This document shows, piece by piece, positions 17,904-27,819 of a stretch of 64,000 nt of DNA. Numbering within the stretch: the stretch's first letter is position 1; each line of letters begins with the position of its first letter. Origin of the DNA: Desulfosudaceae bacterium (GTDB lineage: Bacteria; Desulfobacterota; Desulfobacteria; Desulfobacterales; Desulfosudaceae); NCBI GenBank assembly GCA_963674745.2, contig CAXXDV010000001.1, positions 2,272,001 through 2,336,000 on the forward strand, written 5' to 3'. Below the pieces are notes generated by a model, which was not told where the DNA came from, did not search any database, and worked only from the letters and a program-made list of their open reading frames with translations. A program made the translations under genes and the position numbers.

Positions 17904-18116
17904 TTTCCTTTGGCCTTTGCCGCTGAGGGTTTACACACATCAATTGCCATTTCTCCAGACCTGCCCAAGCGTTTGGGTTCTCAGGCGCTTAATAGGTTCT
18001 TTTATTCAAGGACCGTCGTTGTTGATAAAAAAAAGCTATTGATCTGGAAAAGTTTATTTACGGCGGGTTTACAAAGGAGAAAAGAGGATTGGGCTAAAAT
18101 TTTTTAGTATGCGCGT

Positions 18117-18152
18117 AAAAAAAGGGGGTTGTGATTTTCACAACCCCCTTTT
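18117..18152. terminator. bidirectional intrinsic terminator downstream of tRNA-Val
   Basis: A-tract, AAAGGGGGTTGTGA/TCACAACCCCCTTT stem, T-tract. Confidence 0.8.
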
Positions 18153-18160
18153 GGTGTTAG

Positions 18161-18235
18161 TGGTGGGCGATACTGGGTTTGAACCAGTGACTTCTACCGT
18201 GTGAAGGTAGCACTCTCCCGCTGAGTTAATCGCCC
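18161..18235 (-). tRNA. tRNA-Val (CAC)
   Basis: GGGCGATTAACTCAGCGGGAGAGTG CTACC-TTCACAC-GGTAG ... GGTTCAAACC ... CGCCCACCA. Confidence 0.95.
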
Positions 18236-18357
18236 TTTATGTATAACGTGGCAACGTTTTAAAATATGAATAGCAAATCGTTTTTTGCCGGTCAACAACC
18301 ATTTTGTGCCTGGCCAAAATTTTCGGGTGCGAACAAAAAGCCTTTTTTAATTTCGCC

Positions 18358-19341
18358 TTAATGTTCTTCAGGTTCTTCTTCGGCAGCTTCATCTGCCGCG
18401 TCATCACTTTCCGGTTGATCCTCATCCTGATCCGGATCAACAGCATCATCGTCTTGCGGCAAATCCATCTCCTGATCCTCGACGGCCGGCTCATCGGCGG
18501 ATTCCGTCGTCTCTGTTGCGGATGGGGCTAAATCAGATTCGTCGGTTTGAGCATCGGCCTCTGGGCCCGGCGCCTCAAAACCCGTTTCATCATCTTTCGG
18601 AATCTCCACGCCCAGCTGACGGGCAAATGTGCCATCCGCTGCTTCCGTGATGTCCTGACGTTCTCCCTGCTCAGATGAAACCGCCGTTTCCGGTTCCGGG
18701 CCGTTTCCATCCGGTTGGTCGGCTGCAGTCGTGTCATCATCCGGTTGAGCATCGCCCGACTGATCCGGCTGATCTTCATGGCCGGCAGCCACCTCTTCGG
18801 CTATACCGACCTGGCCGAATTCCTGAATTTCTTTTAAGGTCGGCATGTCACTTAAGCTTTTCAGGTTGAAGATTTCGAGAAACTTACGGGTGGTGGCGTA
18901 AATCAACGGCCGGCCGGGGATTTCTTTTTTGCCCAGAATACGAATCAGTTTTCGTTCCAGAAGGTTACGGATAATCGCGCCGGAATCAACCCCCCTGATG
19001 CGTTCCACATCCGCCCGGATGATCGGCTGGTGGTAGGCGATAATGGCCAGGGTCTCCAGGGCGGCTTTGCTGAGCCGGACAGGAGCGGGCTTGAGCATTT
19101 TTTTGATCCACTCCTTGTAGTCGGGCCGTGTTCTGAACTGAAAGCCACCGGCAACTTCGTTGAGCAGGAAGCCGCCCTGGCGGGCTTCGTGTTCCGTGAT
19201 CAGTTCATTGAGGGCCTCCCGGATTTCTTTTGCTTCGGCATCGGGAATGATCTGTTTGAACGTCCGTATATCAATGGGACTGTCGGCCACAAACAGCAGG
19301 CTTTCTAAAATGTTTTTCAAATCGTTGTGCATTGGCTTCAC
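18358..19341 (-). CDS. scpB: SMC-Scp complex subunit ScpB with a long acidic tail (ATG alternative at 19332)
   Basis: LETLAIIAYHQPI, IRGVDS and PGRPLIY motifs. Confidence 0.93.
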   Translation of the reverse strand: MKPMHNDLKNILESLLFVADSPIDIRTFKQIIPDAEAKEIREALNELITEHEARQGGFLLNEVAGGFQFRTRPDYKEWIKKMLKPAPVRLSKAALETLAIIAYHQPIIRADVERIRGVDSGAIIRNLLERKLIRILGKKEIPGRPLIYATTRKFLEIFNLKSLSDMPTLKEIQEFGQVGIAEEVAAGHEDQPDQSGDAQPDDDTTAADQPDGNGPEPETAVSSEQGERQDITEAADGTFARQLGVEIPKDDETGFEAPGPEADAQTDESDLAPSATETTESADEPAVEDQEMDLPQDDDAVDPDQDEDQPESDDAADEAAEEEPEEH

Positions 19342-19348
19342 ATTTTTT

Positions 19349-19480
19349 ATGGCTTCGTAAAAAGCTCAGTATCTGTGTTGCGCTGCATCCTTCGGAATTT
19401 CACGTACTTCTATGTACGCGCCTCCTCAGGATTTGCGCGCCCCAATCTTAAGCTGGGGCTTGGACTTTTTACTTTGCCAT
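19349..19480. mobile_element. 132-bp MITE-like element between scpA and scpB
   Basis: Ends ATGGCTTCGTAAAAAG ... CTTTTTACTTTGCCAT; a solo copy of the end occurs at 53758. Confidence 0.65.
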
Positions 19481-19495
19481 CCCAATTTTGACTTT

Positions 19496-20242
19496 TTAAA
19501 GGTAGAACAACCGAATAACCCCGCTCTCCACATGCTGCCGGATCGCAACCAGTTGCAGTTTGACCATTTCCAGCAGGGCCAGGAAAATGGCGATCACCTC
19601 GCTTTTTTGTTTAACATTTTCAAGGAGTTCAGAAAAAGTCAGGGATTTTTTCTGCTCCAGCTTTTCCACGATTTCAGTTATTTTGTCTTTTATCGATATT
19701 TCGTCTCTGGCCAGTATCATTTTTGAAGATGCGGGAAGCTTGTCAAGTACTTTCTGAAAGGCGTCAATCAGTTCGAACAAACCGACCTCTATCATGTCGG
19801 CGTCCGCATCCTGTCGGAAAGCTTTTTTATCGATGGTTCGGATAAAGGTGTCTTCGTTGAGTATGGCCCTGTTGCCGAGGTCTTCCGCGGCGGATTTGAT
19901 TTGCATGTACTCTTCCAGCCTTTTGGTGATTTCAGCGCGCGGATCTTCTTCGTCCTCCCCTTCGGCTGTGTGGGACGGCAGAAGGGTACGGGATTTGATA
20001 TTGGTCAGGATGGACGCCATGTATAGGAAATCGCCGGCCAGGTTGATGTTCAGCATTTTCATCCATTCGATATATTCCAGAAACTGCCCGGTGATTCTGG
20101 CTATGGGGATGTCATAAATGCTGACTTCATTTTTTTTGATCAGGTATACCAGAAGGTCCATGGGGCCTTCAAAAATTTCGGTTATGACCTTGTATGGTTC
20201 GCTGATTTCCCGTGTTTCTTCGGTTTTGTCCGTGTCTGCCAT
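19496..20242 (-). CDS. scpA: segregation/condensation protein A
   Basis: FEGPMDLLVYLI and FLALLEM motifs. Confidence 0.93.
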   Translation of the reverse strand: MADTDKTEETREISEPYKVITEIFEGPMDLLVYLIKKNEVSIYDIPIARITGQFLEYIEWMKMLNINLAGDFLYMASILTNIKSRTLLPSHTAEGEDEEDPRAEITKRLEEYMQIKSAAEDLGNRAILNEDTFIRTIDKKAFRQDADADMIEVGLFELIDAFQKVLDKLPASSKMILARDEISIKDKITEIVEKLEQKKSLTFSELLENVKQKSEVIAIFLALLEMVKLQLVAIRQHVESGVIRLFYL

Positions 20243-20280
20243 GGCACCGGTAATATTCAATAAGGTTGTTTGCTGCCGGA

Positions 20281-21267
20281 TTAAATCCCGATTGCCGATC
20301 GCACCTGGTCCATTGTCTGTTGCGCCACCCGGCGTGCCCGGGCGGTGCCGTCATTCATGATATCATCAACCAGTTGCGGCCGATCAACAAAATAAGCGCG
20401 TTTTTCCTGAATGGGCGCCAGACCCGTTATCAGGCTTTCGGCCAGTTTTTTCTTGCATTCAATGCATCCGATGCCGGCTTTGCGGCAATCCGCATTAATG
20501 GCGGCAACCGTAGCGTCATCCGTATAAAGCTTATGGAAAGAATATACGTTGCACACCTCCGGATCGCCGGGATCTGTTTTTCGGGCCCGCTGGGGATCGG
20601 TAATCATTTTTTTGGTGGTTCCCAGAATGGCCTCCGGGGTGTCAGCCAGATAAATGGCATTTTCATAGCTTTTGCTCATTTTCCGCCGATCCGTTCCAAG
20701 AATTCTTGGTGTTTCCGTCAGCTTGGCCTGAGGTTCCGGAAATACCGGGCCATAAAAATGATTAAAACGACGGGCAATTTCCCGGGTGATCTCGACATGG
20801 GGCACCTGGTCTTCTCCCACAGGCACGAGGTCGGCTTTATACATAATGATATCAGCAGCCTGGAGAACAGGGTAGCCGAGAAACCCGAAAGTGGAAATAT
20901 CTTTTCCGGTTAACTGTGCCATCTGATCCTTGTAGGTCGGATTCCGTTCCAGCCAACCCAATGGCGTCAGCATGGACAGGAACAGAAAAAGCTCGGCATG
21001 TTCTTTGACCTGTGACTGGACGAACAGGGTGGCTTTTTCAGGTGACAGCCCCACGCTCAGCCAGTCAACGGCCATCATCCGGGAAAATTCGGATAGTTTT
21101 CCTGTGGTTTCATAATCGGTGGTCAGGGCATGCCAGTCGGCAATAAAGAAAAAACAGTCAAATTCATCCTGAAGACGGACCCAGTTCGCCAACGCCCCGT
21201 GAAGATTACCCAGATGCAGCGGCCCGGTGGGACGCATGCCGCTTAAGATTCTTTTTTTTGTTGCCAT
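20281..21267 (-). CDS. trpS: tryptophan--tRNA ligase
   Basis: SGMRPTG, HLGN, VGEDQ, KMSKS. Confidence 0.97.
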   Translation of the reverse strand: MATKKRILSGMRPTGPLHLGNLHGALANWVRLQDEFDCFFFIADWHALTTDYETTGKLSEFSRMMAVDWLSVGLSPEKATLFVQSQVKEHAELFLFLSMLTPLGWLERNPTYKDQMAQLTGKDISTFGFLGYPVLQAADIIMYKADLVPVGEDQVPHVEITREIARRFNHFYGPVFPEPQAKLTETPRILGTDRRKMSKSYENAIYLADTPEAILGTTKKMITDPQRARKTDPGDPEVCNVYSFHKLYTDDATVAAINADCRKAGIGCIECKKKLAESLITGLAPIQEKRAYFVDRPQLVDDIMNDGTARARRVAQQTMDQVRSAIGI

Positions 21268-21323
21268 TAAACACTCCCGACAAAACAATCGTTCAATTCT
21301 GTTATTCAAAAATGAGGGATTCG

Positions 21324-21400
21324 GCCCGGATATGTCATGAATTTTTTCGACATAAAATGATGCTCAATACCGTATCGAAAAATTCATAAGATATCCGGGC
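21324..21400. repeat. 77-bp palindromic intergenic element
   Basis: GCCCGGATAT..ATGAATTTTT(T)CGA / TCGAAAAATTCAT..ATATCCGGGC. Confidence 0.65.
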
Positions 21401-22101
21401 TAACCGCCCGTGATAAATGCCAGCCCCGTGCTGCCAAGCGCAATATAAACCAGCGGTGTAATGAGATACCAGATAAAGGTAAACAGCCAGTCCGCCTTGA
21501 TCATCAGCAATAAAAGCACCAGTATTATACCGAAGCGATCCAAGGATGCAAATCGTTTTCGCATATGTGGCGGCAGGAAGACAAGCAGTATTTTGCTGCC
21601 GTCCAGGGGCGGAATCGGTATGAGGTTAAAAATGGCCAGCAGGCCGTTGATGATCACGGAGTAAGCACATATCAGCAGCAGATCCGTCATCAGAAACATG
21701 GCTGTCGGCCCCATCGGCATCAACGCCTGGGCCGCGAAAAGCGTCATCCTGAAAAAGATACCGGAAATTATCAGCAACGCCAGGTTGGCCATTATACCGG
21801 CTGTAGAGACCCAGAGCGTGCCTTTTTTCCAGTCCTTCAGGCGGGCAAAATTGACCGGCACCGGCCGGGCATAACCGAAAACAAAGGGCGCACCGAAGAC
21901 GCCCAGCATCAAGGGCAGGAGAAACGACCCGACCGGGTCAAGGTGTCGAATGGGATTGATTGTCACTCTGCCGGCACGTGCCGCGGTGTCGTCCCCCATT
22001 TTCAGCGCCGCAAAACCATGGGCGGCCTCATGGGCGCTGACGGCGAAAAGGAGGGGGACCACCATAACGACGATCCGGTTGATGTCAATTTCCTGAAACA
22101 T
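21400..22101 (-). CDS. site-2 protease (M50 family)
   Basis: HEAAH and NLIPIPPLDG motifs. Confidence 0.92.
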   Translation of the reverse strand: MFQEIDINRIVVMVVPLLFAVSAHEAAHGFAALKMGDDTAARAGRVTINPIRHLDPVGSFLLPLMLGVFGAPFVFGYARPVPVNFARLKDWKKGTLWVSTAGIMANLALLIISGIFFRMTLFAAQALMPMGPTAMFLMTDLLLICAYSVIINGLLAIFNLIPIPPLDGSKILLVFLPPHMRKRFASLDRFGIILVLLLLMIKADWLFTFIWYLITPLVYIALGSTGLAFITGG

Positions 22102-24766
22102 ATTGTTTGGCAATCTCCAACTCATCCAGGCGGGTCTTGACCTGCCCGTCCAGCTTGGCATTCAGGACCGTCCGGAGGATGTCACTGTAAATCGGACCGG
22201 ACGGAATACCGAGCTTTTCCAGGTCATTTCCTTTAATCAGCAGGTGCACGTTTTTCAGCTTAAGAATATAGTGAGAAATCTGTTTTTTCACATCATCTTT
22301 GCCGGCAATGGCCATGATATAAAGGATGAGTTCTGTTTTAAAAGGTTTCAAGTATTCGTAAAGCAAACTGTTTTTGACCGGTGAATCCCTTTTTATCAGC
22401 GACAGGGCATTAACCGCCTCAAACCGTTCGTAGGCAAAAATAGATTGATAACGGTTATTTATCTCAAAGTTGTGGCAAATTTCCAGTGTTGTTTCCCGGT
22501 CACAACGGTTGATCAGCACCAGAAAATATACGGCCCATTTCATGTATGTCTTTTCCAGAAACAGCAGGTCGTACCAGGACACCACATCCCTGACCGATTC
22601 AAGTGCTTTTAGTGTCGTTTTGTTGATTTTGATAGCCGGATGAATAGCGGGCAGCAGCTTGTATTCCGCCAGCCGTTTAATCGCCGGTACGGGGTTGTCC
22701 TCCTCTAATATCTGGCTTATCTCTCCGAACACCCGGCGCCCGCTTAATCTTTTGAAGAAGTTCATTTTTACCGCATTGTCAATCAGGCTGGAGGTCATTT
22801 TGCCGATGGTGAATCCAAACCGTTGTTCAAACCGGATGGCGCGGAAAATACGGGTCGGGTCTTCGACAAAGCTCAAGTTGTGAAGTACGCGAATGGTTTT
22901 TTCCTTGATGTCCCGCTGGGCTGAGAAAAAGTCAATCAGCATGCCGAATTTATCCGGATTCAGAGAGACGGCCAGCGTATTGATGGTGAAATCCCGCCGG
23001 GCCAGATCGAGCTTGATAGAACTCATTTCAACCGTCGGCAGTGCCGCCGGAAACTGATAGTATTCCAGTCGGGCAGATGCCACGTCAATTTTAAACCCAT
23101 CAGCAAAAGTAAGCACAGCGGTACCGAATTTACTGTGATAGTGGACCCGCGCATTCATGGTTTTGGCCAGTTTTTGAGCAAACGCGATACCGTCTCCTTC
23201 GATGACCAGGTCAACGTCTTCTGTCAGACGGTAGAGGAATAAATCCCGGACAAATCCACCTACGACATAGGCACTGAAGCCGATATCAGAGGCGGTTTCT
23301 CCGGCTGCCTTGAGAATACTCAATATACTATTCGGCAGTCGTTCAATCATAAAACGATTGATATTTTTTGTGTTGGGACGTACGGAACCATCCAGATAGG
23401 CCGGTTGCTGCTCTTTTTCTCTTTTGCTTTTCGACACCAGAAGGTTCAGCAGGTCGGTCCGGGTTATAACCCCCAGAAGCTCATTATCTTTGACGATCGG
23501 CAGGATGCGCTGATGCCCCTCAATGATCCTTTCCTGGATTTTAGGCAGCCCATCTTCGGGGTCAGACAATGAAAAATCGGTTGTCATGTAGTCGCTTACG
23601 GCTGCCTCGCCCAGGTCGTGATAGAGGGCTTTTTCGATGACCTGCCGGGTAATAAAACCCAGCAGGGCGCCGCCCTGATTTTCCTTTTCGGTGATCAAAA
23701 GGGCATTAATGTTATAACGGGTCAACAGTTCACCGGCCTGTCGGCAGGAGATCTCGGGTGTCGTTGAAATTACCGGAAACGACATTACATCTCTGGCCCG
23801 GATTTTGGATTGGATCTGTCGGGTCAGCTGTTTTAACAGGTGCTGTTCAGCCTGTGGCAATGTCATATTTTTGATGCTGGCGGAAGCGGCATAGGCGTGC
23901 CCGCCGCCCCCGAAAGGGATCAGTGCATGACTGGTATCAACCTCGGGGATTCTGGATCTGCCGACGACATATATCTTATTACCCATCTGGGCCAGCGCGA
24001 AAATAACGTCCAGGCTTTTCATTCGCTGCATCTTATGAACCAGAAAAGCGAAATCAGGCACATAATCATCCAGGGAGATAGAGACAATGACGACTGAAGT
24101 GCCGTTTATGTCGTGAATGCGGGAGTTTTTGATCATGTTATTTAGAATATCCACCTGTTCCGGTGTCATTTCCCTGGAAATAATATTGGCAATGGTATTC
24201 AGGCTGGCCCCCCGGGACACCAAAAAAGCCGCAGCTTCGAAGTCCCTGGGCGTGGTGGAGGAAAAGGTAAAGGAGCCGGTGTCCTCATAAATCCCCAGCC
24301 CCATGACGGTCGCTTCATCCGGTGAGATCGGTATTTTTTCTTTTTTAATCCGTTCGATCAGGATGGATACCGCGGCGCCTACCTCTTCATTTACCTGCAT
24401 GTCTGCCGTAATATCGTTTTCCGACACAGGATGATGATCATAAATATGGATCTCAAGCGACTGGTCATCAAGCAGTTCGGCCAGTTGTCCGATACGGTTT
24501 TTCTGTTTGGTGTCAACAATGACCAGCCGTTCAATTTCAGAAAAATCGATGTCCCGGATGTTTTTCATGTTAAACAGATAGGCCATGGAACTGATAAAGA
24601 AATCGCGAAGATTCTTTTCGTTGGAACCCGGCAGAACCACAATTGATTCCGGATACAACTTCTGGGCCGCCAGCACGGACGCGATGGCGTCAAAATCCGA
24701 GTTGACGTGAGTGGTAATCACCGTGTTTTTTTTCTTCGATGACTGCTTTTCAGGTGTGTTCAGCAT
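22085..24766 (-). CDS. DHH/CBS-domain tRNA nucleotidyltransferase (CCA/A-adding type)
   Basis: DFDA, DHH, GGGGH, CBS pair, VGGFVRD, RRDFTIN, EDPTR. Confidence 0.9.
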   Translation of the reverse strand: MLNTPEKQSSKKKNTVITTHVNSDFDAIASVLAAQKLYPESIVVLPGSNEKNLRDFFISSMAYLFNMKNIRDIDFSEIERLVIVDTKQKNRIGQLAELLDDQSLEIHIYDHHPVSENDITADMQVNEEVGAAVSILIERIKKEKIPISPDEATVMGLGIYEDTGSFTFSSTTPRDFEAAAFLVSRGASLNTIANIISREMTPEQVDILNNMIKNSRIHDINGTSVVIVSISLDDYVPDFAFLVHKMQRMKSLDVIFALAQMGNKIYVVGRSRIPEVDTSHALIPFGGGGHAYAASASIKNMTLPQAEQHLLKQLTRQIQSKIRARDVMSFPVISTTPEISCRQAGELLTRYNINALLITEKENQGGALLGFITRQVIEKALYHDLGEAAVSDYMTTDFSLSDPEDGLPKIQERIIEGHQRILPIVKDNELLGVITRTDLLNLLVSKSKREKEQQPAYLDGSVRPNTKNINRFMIERLPNSILSILKAAGETASDIGFSAYVVGGFVRDLFLYRLTEDVDLVIEGDGIAFAQKLAKTMNARVHYHSKFGTAVLTFADGFKIDVASARLEYYQFPAALPTVEMSSIKLDLARRDFTINTLAVSLNPDKFGMLIDFFSAQRDIKEKTIRVLHNLSFVEDPTRIFRAIRFEQRFGFTIGKMTSSLIDNAVKMNFFKRLSGRRVFGEISQILEEDNPVPAIKRLAEYKLLPAIHPAIKINKTTLKALESVRDVVSWYDLLFLEKTYMKWAVYFLVLINRCDRETTLEICHNFEINNRYQSIFAYERFEAVNALSLIKRDSPVKNSLLYEYLKPFKTELILYIMAIAGKDDVKKQISHYILKLKNVHLLIKGNDLEKLGIPSGPIYSDILRTVLNAKLDGQVKTRLDELEIAKQYVSGN

Positions 24767-25028
24767 TCTATTATTGACATTATTCATTGCGATGTAAAAG
24801 GTAAATGCTTTAACATATGATACACGGTGACATTTAGCAAGCACATGGGGTGATGATGGAATAAAAAAATAAACTTATCACTATCATTAATAGCGGCGTT
24901 CTGGTATATAATTACTTGAAAATTATTATTCAATTGCCTATACTGACGAAAATAAGTTCATATACCGGGAAAGCTTCAAATATGCTGACGCTGTAGACGA
25001 ATCTTATCGAATACAAAAGGGGGATATT

Positions 25029-26237
25029 ATGCCGGTCTACATCTGGGAAGGCAAACGCCGGGATCAGAAACAAAAGGGGGAGATGGATGTCGCTGATGAA
25101 GCAGCGGTACGTGCCCAACTGCAGCGAATGGGCATTGCTCCGACAAAGATAAAGAAAAAACCCAAAGACCTTTTTGAAAATGTTGCCTTTCTTCAGCCAC
25201 CGGTAAAACAGGAAAATATTATTCTTTTCTGCCGGCAGTTTTCCACCATGATCGATGCCGGTTTGCCCATCGTTCAATGCCTTGAAATTCTTCAGGTACA
25301 GGAAGAGAATGCGACCTTTAAGAAAGTTTTAAAAAGCATAAAAACAGATGTCGAAGGCGGTCTGACCCTGGCCGACGCATTGAAAAAACATAAACATTTT
25401 GACTCGCTCTTCGTCAACATGATCGCCGCCGGTGAGGCCGGTGGTATCCTCGACAAGATTCTGCAGCGGTTGTCATCTTACCTGGAAAAAAATGCCAAGC
25501 TTCAAAGACAGATCAAGGGCGCCATGATGTATCCGGTTATTACGATTGTCATCGCCGTTGTTGTTGTTATTGTCATCCTGGTGTTCGTTATTCCGGTTTT
25601 TGAGGCGATGTTCGCCGATTTCGGTAAAGAGTTGCCTGTTCCCACCCAGATTGTTGTCGGCGCCAGCCGAATCGTAAAAAGCAAAATACTTTACATTATT
25701 GGCGCTATGTTTTTGTTGGGCGTTGCCTACCGGCAGTTTTACAAAACCGAAAAAGGCAATCTGATTATGGACGGTATATTCCTTAAGCTTCCGGTTATCG
25801 GCGTCGTCATCCGTAAATCCGCCGTGGCCCGTTTTACCCAGACCATGGGCACCATGCTCTCCAGTGGTGTCTCAATTCTGGACGCACTGGATATCGTCGC
25901 TAAAACCGCCGGTAATAAAGTGATTGAAAATGCCGTTTATTTCACACGGGCCGGAATTGCTGAAGGGCGAACGGTGGCAGATCCGTTGGCTGAAACCGGC
26001 GTCTTTCCATCCATGGTCTGTTCGATGATCGCGGTCGGCGAGTCGACCGGTGCCCTTGACGCCATGATGGAAAAAATTGCTGCTTTTTATGAAGAGGAAG
26101 TTGATGCCGCCGTTGAAGCCATGACCTCTGCTATCGAGCCGTTGATGATGGTCTTTCTGGGGGGGTTGATCGGCGGTCTGGTCGTTGCCATGTATCTGCC
26201 CGTATTTAAAATGGCGGGCGCGATCTCTGGCGGATAA
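25029..26237 (+). CDS. pilC: type IV pilus platform protein PilC (T2SS F family)
   Basis: RQFSTMIDAG, GEAGG, GESTG, MYLPVF. Confidence 0.93.
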   Translation: MPVYIWEGKRRDQKQKGEMDVADEAAVRAQLQRMGIAPTKIKKKPKDLFENVAFLQPPVKQENIILFCRQFSTMIDAGLPIVQCLEILQVQEENATFKKVLKSIKTDVEGGLTLADALKKHKHFDSLFVNMIAAGEAGGILDKILQRLSSYLEKNAKLQRQIKGAMMYPVITIVIAVVVVIVILVFVIPVFEAMFADFGKELPVPTQIVVGASRIVKSKILYIIGAMFLLGVAYRQFYKTEKGNLIMDGIFLKLPVIGVVIRKSAVARFTQTMGTMLSSGVSILDALDIVAKTAGNKVIENAVYFTRAGIAEGRTVADPLAETGVFPSMVCSMIAVGESTGALDAMMEKIAAFYEEEVDAAVEAMTSAIEPLMMVFLGGLIGGLVVAMYLPVFKMAGAISGG

Positions 26238-26276
26238 TCTTTCGTTGTGAGATAACCGCCGCGGATCGCAAGGGTA

Positions 26277-27596
26277 ATGATGACGACTGACGCGCGATTT
26301 ACAGACGAATTCAAGCACAGGCTCAAATGGCTGATTGTTTTTCGTGCGCTCTTCGCCATTATCCTGCTCGGCTCAACGATTTTTTTCGCTAAGATCAGAA
26401 ATCTGTACTATGACGCCGACGCCCTTATACTGCTCTATATCATTTCCATCTCGACGCTGGTGCTGTCAGCTGTTTATGCCGGTGCTCTGCCGTATGTAAA
26501 GCGGAAACGCCTTTTTTCCTACCTGCAAATCTGCGTTGATACGATTACGGTTACTCTGATTGTATATATTACCGGATGTTTTTACAGCGCTTTTAATTTT
26601 CTTTATCTGATTGTTATTATCAGTGCCTGTTTTTTTCTGTTCCGAAGAGGCGGCATGCTTATCGCGGGGCTTTGCAGTATCCAATACGGTACCTTGATTG
26701 TTCTTGAATATCATGGGCTGATCACTTCCGACCTTGATTTTATTGTTACCGATACGTCATACAGCGGTTCTTATGTGTTGTTTAAAACAACCATTATGAT
26801 GATGGCCTGCTTTGCCGTTGCCTTCCTTACCAGCCTTCTGGTGGAAGAAGAAAGAAAGGCCCGTGGTGAACTGCTGGTCATGCGGAAATACGTCAAACGG
26901 GTGGAAAGAATGGCGGCGGTGGGTGAAATGGCCGCCGGACTGGCCCATGAGATCAGAAATCCGCTGGCCGCCCTTACCGGTGCCATAGAGATGCTGGAAC
27001 CCGAAGTCGATACCGACGACAATCAGGACAACACCAGGTTAAGGAAAATTATTCAGCGTGAGACCAAAAGACTGAACTCGCTGGTGAATAATTTTTTACT
27101 GTTTGCCAAACCCCACAAGGGTAATATAAAAAAAATACCGCTGGATAAGATTCTGGAAGAAACACTGAATCTTTTTGAAGCCGGTTTGAAAAATAAAAAT
27201 AATATTCAATGTGTGACGAATATTGTCGAAGACCTCTGGGTCGACATGGATCCGGAATACCTGCGGCAGATCCTCTGGAACCTGTTGTTGAACGCTGCCG
27301 ATGCGATCAACGAAACAACCGATCAATCCGGCACCATCTCAGTCAATTTGTATCCGGTCAAAAGCAGGATGGTCAGGCTTGAAATTATCGATAACGGTTG
27401 CGGTATGCCCGCGGATCTGGTTGATGTTATATTTGATCCTTTTTTTACGACCAAATCAAAAGGTACTGGTCTGGGGCTTTCAGTTGTCCACAGGCTGGTT
27501 GAATCTTATGGGGGGCGAATTGACTTTGAAAGCGAACCGGGTAAAGGCACCAAGTTTGTGTTGGAATTAAGCCGATCCGGGACAGGGGACCGGTAA
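26277..27596 (+). CDS. pilS: PilS-like sensor histidine kinase
   Basis: 6 TMs, AHEIRNPL, N/G boxes; follows pilC. Confidence 0.8.
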   Translation: MMTTDARFTDEFKHRLKWLIVFRALFAIILLGSTIFFAKIRNLYYDADALILLYIISISTLVLSAVYAGALPYVKRKRLFSYLQICVDTITVTLIVYITGCFYSAFNFLYLIVIISACFFLFRRGGMLIAGLCSIQYGTLIVLEYHGLITSDLDFIVTDTSYSGSYVLFKTTIMMMACFAVAFLTSLLVEEERKARGELLVMRKYVKRVERMAAVGEMAAGLAHEIRNPLAALTGAIEMLEPEVDTDDNQDNTRLRKIIQRETKRLNSLVNNFLLFAKPHKGNIKKIPLDKILEETLNLFEAGLKNKNNIQCVTNIVEDLWVDMDPEYLRQILWNLLLNAADAINETTDQSGTISVNLYPVKSRMVRLEIIDNGCGMPADLVDVIFDPFFTTKSKGTGLGLSVVHRLVESYGGRIDFESEPGKGTKFVLELSRSGTGDR

Positions 27597-27819
27597 ATAT
27601 TGTAATTTTGCCATGTCTCTGTTGCCTGCCGGCAGATCCAGATTCTCGCGTTAGATCCCCATTGCCAGAAATACAGGCCTATATTCAAAGCCCCGGCATC
27701 CTTTTTCCCGGTTTTTTTATTTTAACTTAACCTTGACTATTTTATTAATGTTTTGTTATTTTAAATAGTTTAAATAAAATTTGAGAATTAATTATTAATA
27801 CGGATGGATAAATATCGAA

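Noticed and set aside
17910..18107. A further cassette after the last attC
   Set aside because: Weak TTG ORF, and no complementary GCCTAAC or attC before the tRNA terminator.
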